Shown here: piece by piece, positions 62,400 through 64,000 of the stretch
How the letters are laid out: every line of letters begins with the position of its first letter
How positions within the stretch are numbered: the stretch's first letter is position 1
Source of the DNA: Squalus acanthias
Lineage: Eukaryota
Assembly (NCBI GenBank): GCA_030390025.1
Contig: CM059431.1
Span: 110,734,001 to 110,798,000, forward strand
Length of the DNA: 64,000 nucleotides
Direction: 5' to 3'
Translations under genes and position numbers: made by a program
Notes under the pieces: model-generated
Database searches by the model: none
What the model saw: the letters and a program-made list of their open reading frames with translations, nothing else
Told to the model about the DNA's origin: nothing

Positions 62400-62849
62400 C
62401 TATCTCCCCTCATGTCCTCTCTAAACTCATCTTGTCCTTGAGAACTCCCTCCTCGATTTTAAAATTCTCTTCCTTATTTTCAAATCACTCCATGGCCTCG
62501 CCCCCTCCCCAGTTCTGTAACCGCCTCCACCCTCCGAGATATCTGCGCTCCTCCAATTCTGACCTCTTGTGCATCCCCGATTTCCTTCGCTCCACCATTG
62601 GCGGCCGTGGCCTTCAGCTGCCGAGGCCCTAAGCTCTGGAATTCCCTCTCTAAACCCCTCCGCCTCTCTACCTCTCTTTCTTCCTTTAAGACACTCCTTA
62701 AAACCTACCTCTCTGACCAAGCTTTTGGTCATCTGCCCTAATATCACCTTAAGTGGCTCGGTACAAATTATTTTGATAACGTTCCTGTGAAGAGCCTTGG
62801 GACGTTTTACTATGTTAAAGGTACTTATATAAATGCAAGTTGTTGTTGT
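62400..62849 (+). mobile_element. L2 LINE 3' end
   Basis: Reverse complement of 19714-20120. Tail tatataaatgcaagttgttgttg. Confidence 0.88.
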
Positions 62850-63239
62850 CAGCTTTGACGATGAGTGGCAGCAAGATGTTTGACTGTAGGGATATCATAT
62901 CCGAGGCCAAACCTCTTCTCACTGGACATCCATACGCACACTCTTTTGGTGGGGATTGCTGGATAGTGATCCAAAGCCAATTTCATCCTTCTTAACCCAA
63001 CACCAAGGTGCTGAGACCAATTGCAGTGTCCTTATTGCCACAACCCTGAAGCTGAGATCAGCTCACTCAGCACAAGCTAGGAGTCAACTTGGGGACTTCT
63101 CTGGCCTGTATGGCTCAACTACTTATTGGATAAATTCACCGAGCCATCAAGGGAACTGTGATTAATTTTTAGCTGTATGGTGTTCAGAAATGAGTGCCTA
63201 TTTGCTGGCCAGTGCTCTGAGTGGGTCTGAGTCTCAGGT

Positions 63240-63992
63240 TGTAAGATTAGGATCACAGATCACACACAGATTACCCAAAGGGTCTTAGGAGTTGTAAGGC
63301 ATTTTATTAAAGAGCTACAGTTTTAAAGCAAAATGAGATATTACATGTGGTTTAAGCCAAGCCTAATAGACATACAACCCGTGACAGTAGAGCGCGAACT
63401 ACGACTCCCAAAGCAGAATGCCATGACCGGACGGATGGTGAGGCAATACGGTGGTCTCAGATTGGGTGGATTCCTGCAGTCTGCTGCAACGGTCACTTCC
63501 ATTGGGTCATCCCTCGAGCTGTTGGAGGTGTTAGGTCGTCAGCCACCTCAGAGGCTAAACTTGACAAAGGTGTTAGGCCGCAGCCACCTCGGGGAAGCCT
63601 TCGCCTCTAACAGCCTGATTTCCTCTCTCGGTGGTCTATATTTATAGTTATTTCGGTGGACTGGTGGATACCTGGTGTCAATCATTTGTTCCCCATCCTA
63701 TTGTACAATTACAAGGGGAGAGGCTACCTATGACAGCCCCCTCCCAGCCTCATGAGGTAATTTTCCTCCTTATCTCTGTTCTAAAGGTCTTATTGCCCTC
63801 TTTGTAGACAGCTTGTTTATCCTAAAGCTCCTTGCTGCATCCCGTATCAGGCCTAGTTATACCCACTCAAAGGCCTGTTTTTTGTGTTCTGACCTTGTAA
63901 TTCAACTTTCTGTGCAGCGATTTTTCTGACGTGACTGGAATCTTTCTGTGTCATCAACTTAGGCAAACTGCTGATCTAGGGAACCCGTAACA
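63240..63992 (-). mobile_element. Candidate solo LTR
   Basis: Bounded by TG...CA. Minus-strand TATAAATATA (about 63638-63647) lies upstream of minus-strand AATAAA (about 63303-63308). No convincing TSD. Confidence 0.3.
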
Positions 63993-64000
63993 GACTATTA

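Overview
Eukaryotic, repeat-rich, essentially non-coding DNA. The repeat content points to a cartilaginous fish (shark); this is inferred from family recognition, not from a search. No intact cellular protein-coding gene can be supported. Most of the window is layered transposable elements: about 10 copies of a tRNA-headed Deu-domain SINE (SacSINE1-like), two or three other SINE families, many CR1 and L2 LINE fragments, one RTE/BovB-like 3' end, two Penelope-like pieces carrying minimal hammerhead ribozyme motifs, and about 15 non-autonomous PIF/Harbinger-type DNA elements with GG(G)-starting TIRs and 3-bp TSDs. Three of the Harbinger elements retain Myb/SANT gene remnants. The most striking object is a 253-bp insertion (32465-32717) flanked by a 16-bp TSD. 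It is almost entirely a perfect 103-bp-arm palindrome, with one hammerhead motif on each strand. A TE-poor island (about 40.2-43.8 kb) and several minus-strand splice signals may mark the 5'/regulatory region of an unidentified host transcript. Family names come from recall and coordinates were read by eye.
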